From Paraphysomonas bandaiensis (Eukaryota; Protista; Chrysophyceae), in NCBI GenBank assembly GCA_965644295.1, contig CBFFRP010000262.1, forward strand, positions 1 to 61,295: 61,295 bases of DNA, written 5' to 3'. The notes below the pieces were generated by a model. The model saw nothing but the letters and a program-made list of their open reading frames with translations, had not been told where the DNA came from and did no database searches. Position numbers and translations under genes: made by a program. Of the stretch, positions 61,109-61,295 are shown piece by piece; positions within the stretch are counted from its first letter, which is position 1, and every line of letters begins with the position of its first letter.

Positions 61109-61295
61109 TGTAGCTGACAGACACCAAGAGAAAGTAGACTAGGAATATATGGTTATTATGCATATAAGAATCATGTATGTATAGACTGGCATGAAGCAAC
61201 TGCCTATCACAATATCACGATCCTGAAGGGACGTGCCCAAAGCAATCCCTGAAGGAGAGTGATCGCAAATCTAAAACCCAAGGTTTTCCCAAAAG
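61109..61295 (-). repeat. 5' LTR (partial, about 20 bp lie outside the window)
   Basis: Matches 55014-55201. Confidence 0.95.

Larger units (their letters stand above)
55014..61295 (-). mobile_element. Ty3/gypsy LTR retrotransposon with chromodomain, nearly full length (5' LTR runs off the window)
   Basis: Near-identical LTRs, a PPT, and gag-PR-RT-RH-IN-chromo order. Confidence 0.97.

Overview
Eukaryotic genomic DNA with short GT-AG introns (mostly about 45-80 nt). The gene and transposon types suggest a stramenopile-like protist (inference). About 19 protein genes are present, including a Nudix hydrolase, phosducin-like, DOT1-like, TTC1-like, kinesin-8, SMYD-type SET, PRPP synthetase-like, ankyrin, NudC/CS, AGC kinase, I9 inhibitor, nischarin-like LRR, hybrid histidine kinase and RPS18. 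Seven consecutive gene pairs are head-to-head. Their shared promoters are rich in GTATAC/TACAG-type motifs, and near three gene starts this sequence is expanded into (TACA)n or 21-bp arrays. The AT-rich tail-to-tail spacers hold hAT/MITE elements and a dispersed retroposon-like family. The window ends in a young chromodomain Ty3/gypsy element that sits in a promoter (TACA)n array and lacks a tRNA-type PBS. Best leads: (1) a covarying ~50-nt RNA motif shared by otherwise unrelated retroposon-like bodies; (2) the promoter grammar and the gypsy element inserted in it; (3) structured ncRNA candidates, including a long C/D-box-like RNA, where a divergent partner gene is missing. All alignments and folds were done by eye.
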